A stretch of DNA of 62,071 bases from Eubacteriales bacterium (GTDB lineage: Bacteria > Bacillota > Clostridia > Christensenellales > Aristaeellaceae): NCBI GenBank assembly GCA_030532025.1, contig JAUNLY010000001.1:1-62071 (forward strand). Direction: 5' to 3'. Within the stretch, counting starts at the first letter, position 1. The number at the start of each line of letters is the position of its first letter. A program made the position numbers and the translations under genes. This document shows positions 62,021 to 62,071 of this stretch, one piece after another. A model generated the notes under the pieces. The model was not told where the DNA came from. It made no database searches and was given only the letters and a program-made list of their open reading frames with translations.

Positions 62021-62071
62021 TACTAATCCCGCACATTAATGCTTCGATAAACTTGTCTTTTTCCATTTTTG
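62021..62071. repeat. MITE-like palindromic intergenic repeat, copy D (truncated by the window end)
   Basis: TACTAATCCCGCACATTAATGCTTcGATAAACTTGTCTTTTTCC is nearly identical to the left arms of copies A and B. It begins 22 nt after the ddl stop. Confidence 0.7.

Noticed and set aside
12643-62071. The multi-copy intergenic repeat as a CRISPR array or an rRNA/tRNA-associated element.
   Set aside because: The copies are tens of kb apart and each is internally palindromic. They vary in length (about 110-156 bp) and are not separated by regular spacers. No cas genes or stable RNA genes are present.
1-62071. A search for prophage, IS transposase, integrase, toxin-antitoxin, restriction-modification or cas genes.
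   Set aside because: None of the ORFs of 60 aa or more shows the corresponding motifs (DDE/HUH, Tyr/Ser recombinase, PD-(D/E)xK with MTase, and so on). The window reads as core chromosome.

Overview
By gene content this 62-kb window is a core-chromosome segment of a strictly anaerobic Firmicute, probably a Clostridia/Oscillospirales-like organism, with moderate GC by eye. It carries about 57 tightly packed protein genes and has short intergenic spacers with SD-type RBSs. I found no rRNA, tRNA, CRISPR array, transposase, integrase or phage genes.

Gene content, left to right:
- Minus strand: a sugar ABC importer (SBP plus two permeases), a TIGR00300/LOR-SDH-like protein, and fhs.
- Plus strand: glyQS, a 925-aa membrane-anchored PQQ-like beta-propeller protein, glpK and a mini-GNAT.
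- Minus strand, a long co-directional block: YesL-like, SAM-MTase, hslO, an acidic HEAT-like protein, a Zn-ribbon/TPR/CHB_HEX protein and ftsH.
- A NatAB-like ABC-2 exporter.
- pduL plus a CofE-like protein, divergent from tldD/pmbA.
- deoD, DUF523 (TudS-like), DUF1292 and uvrC.
- Three large Sec-secreted proteins of unknown function, followed by a 48-aa lipoprotein gene that is missing from the ORF track.
- A stop/start-overlapped minus-strand operon: degV-pdxK-zupT-zupT-SNF2 helicase-degV-recO.
- A 10-gene [FeFe]-hydrogenase locus: a DRTGG / GHKL-kinase / HydS-like / DRTGG / PHP module, then NuoE-like / GHKL ATPase / 2Fe-2S ferredoxin / NuoF-like / HydA.
- Two tandem esterases.
- A GCKR/MurQ-like SIS protein coupled to DUF1846.
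- GNAT, an alpha/beta hydrolase, a membrane-anchored MurF-like ligase and ddl.

Most noteworthy observations:
1. The uncharacterised putative H2-sensing/phospho-signalling module fused to the bifurcating hydrogenase operon, including a HydS-like protein with SSACP in place of TSCCP.
2. The catalytic HydA reads TSCSPGW at the L1 motif.
3. A previously unannotated family of roughly 110-156-bp MITE-like palindromic repeats. At least 5 copies are present, and all sit at operon 3' ends next to terminators.
4. A triad of distantly paralogous secreted proteins plus the micro-lipoprotein.
5. A MurF-like ligase whose N-terminal UDP-binding domain is replaced by a polytopic membrane domain.
6. A translationally coupled SIS(GCKR/MurQ-like)-DUF1846 pair.

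All family assignments come from motif recognition by eye. No database search was run.
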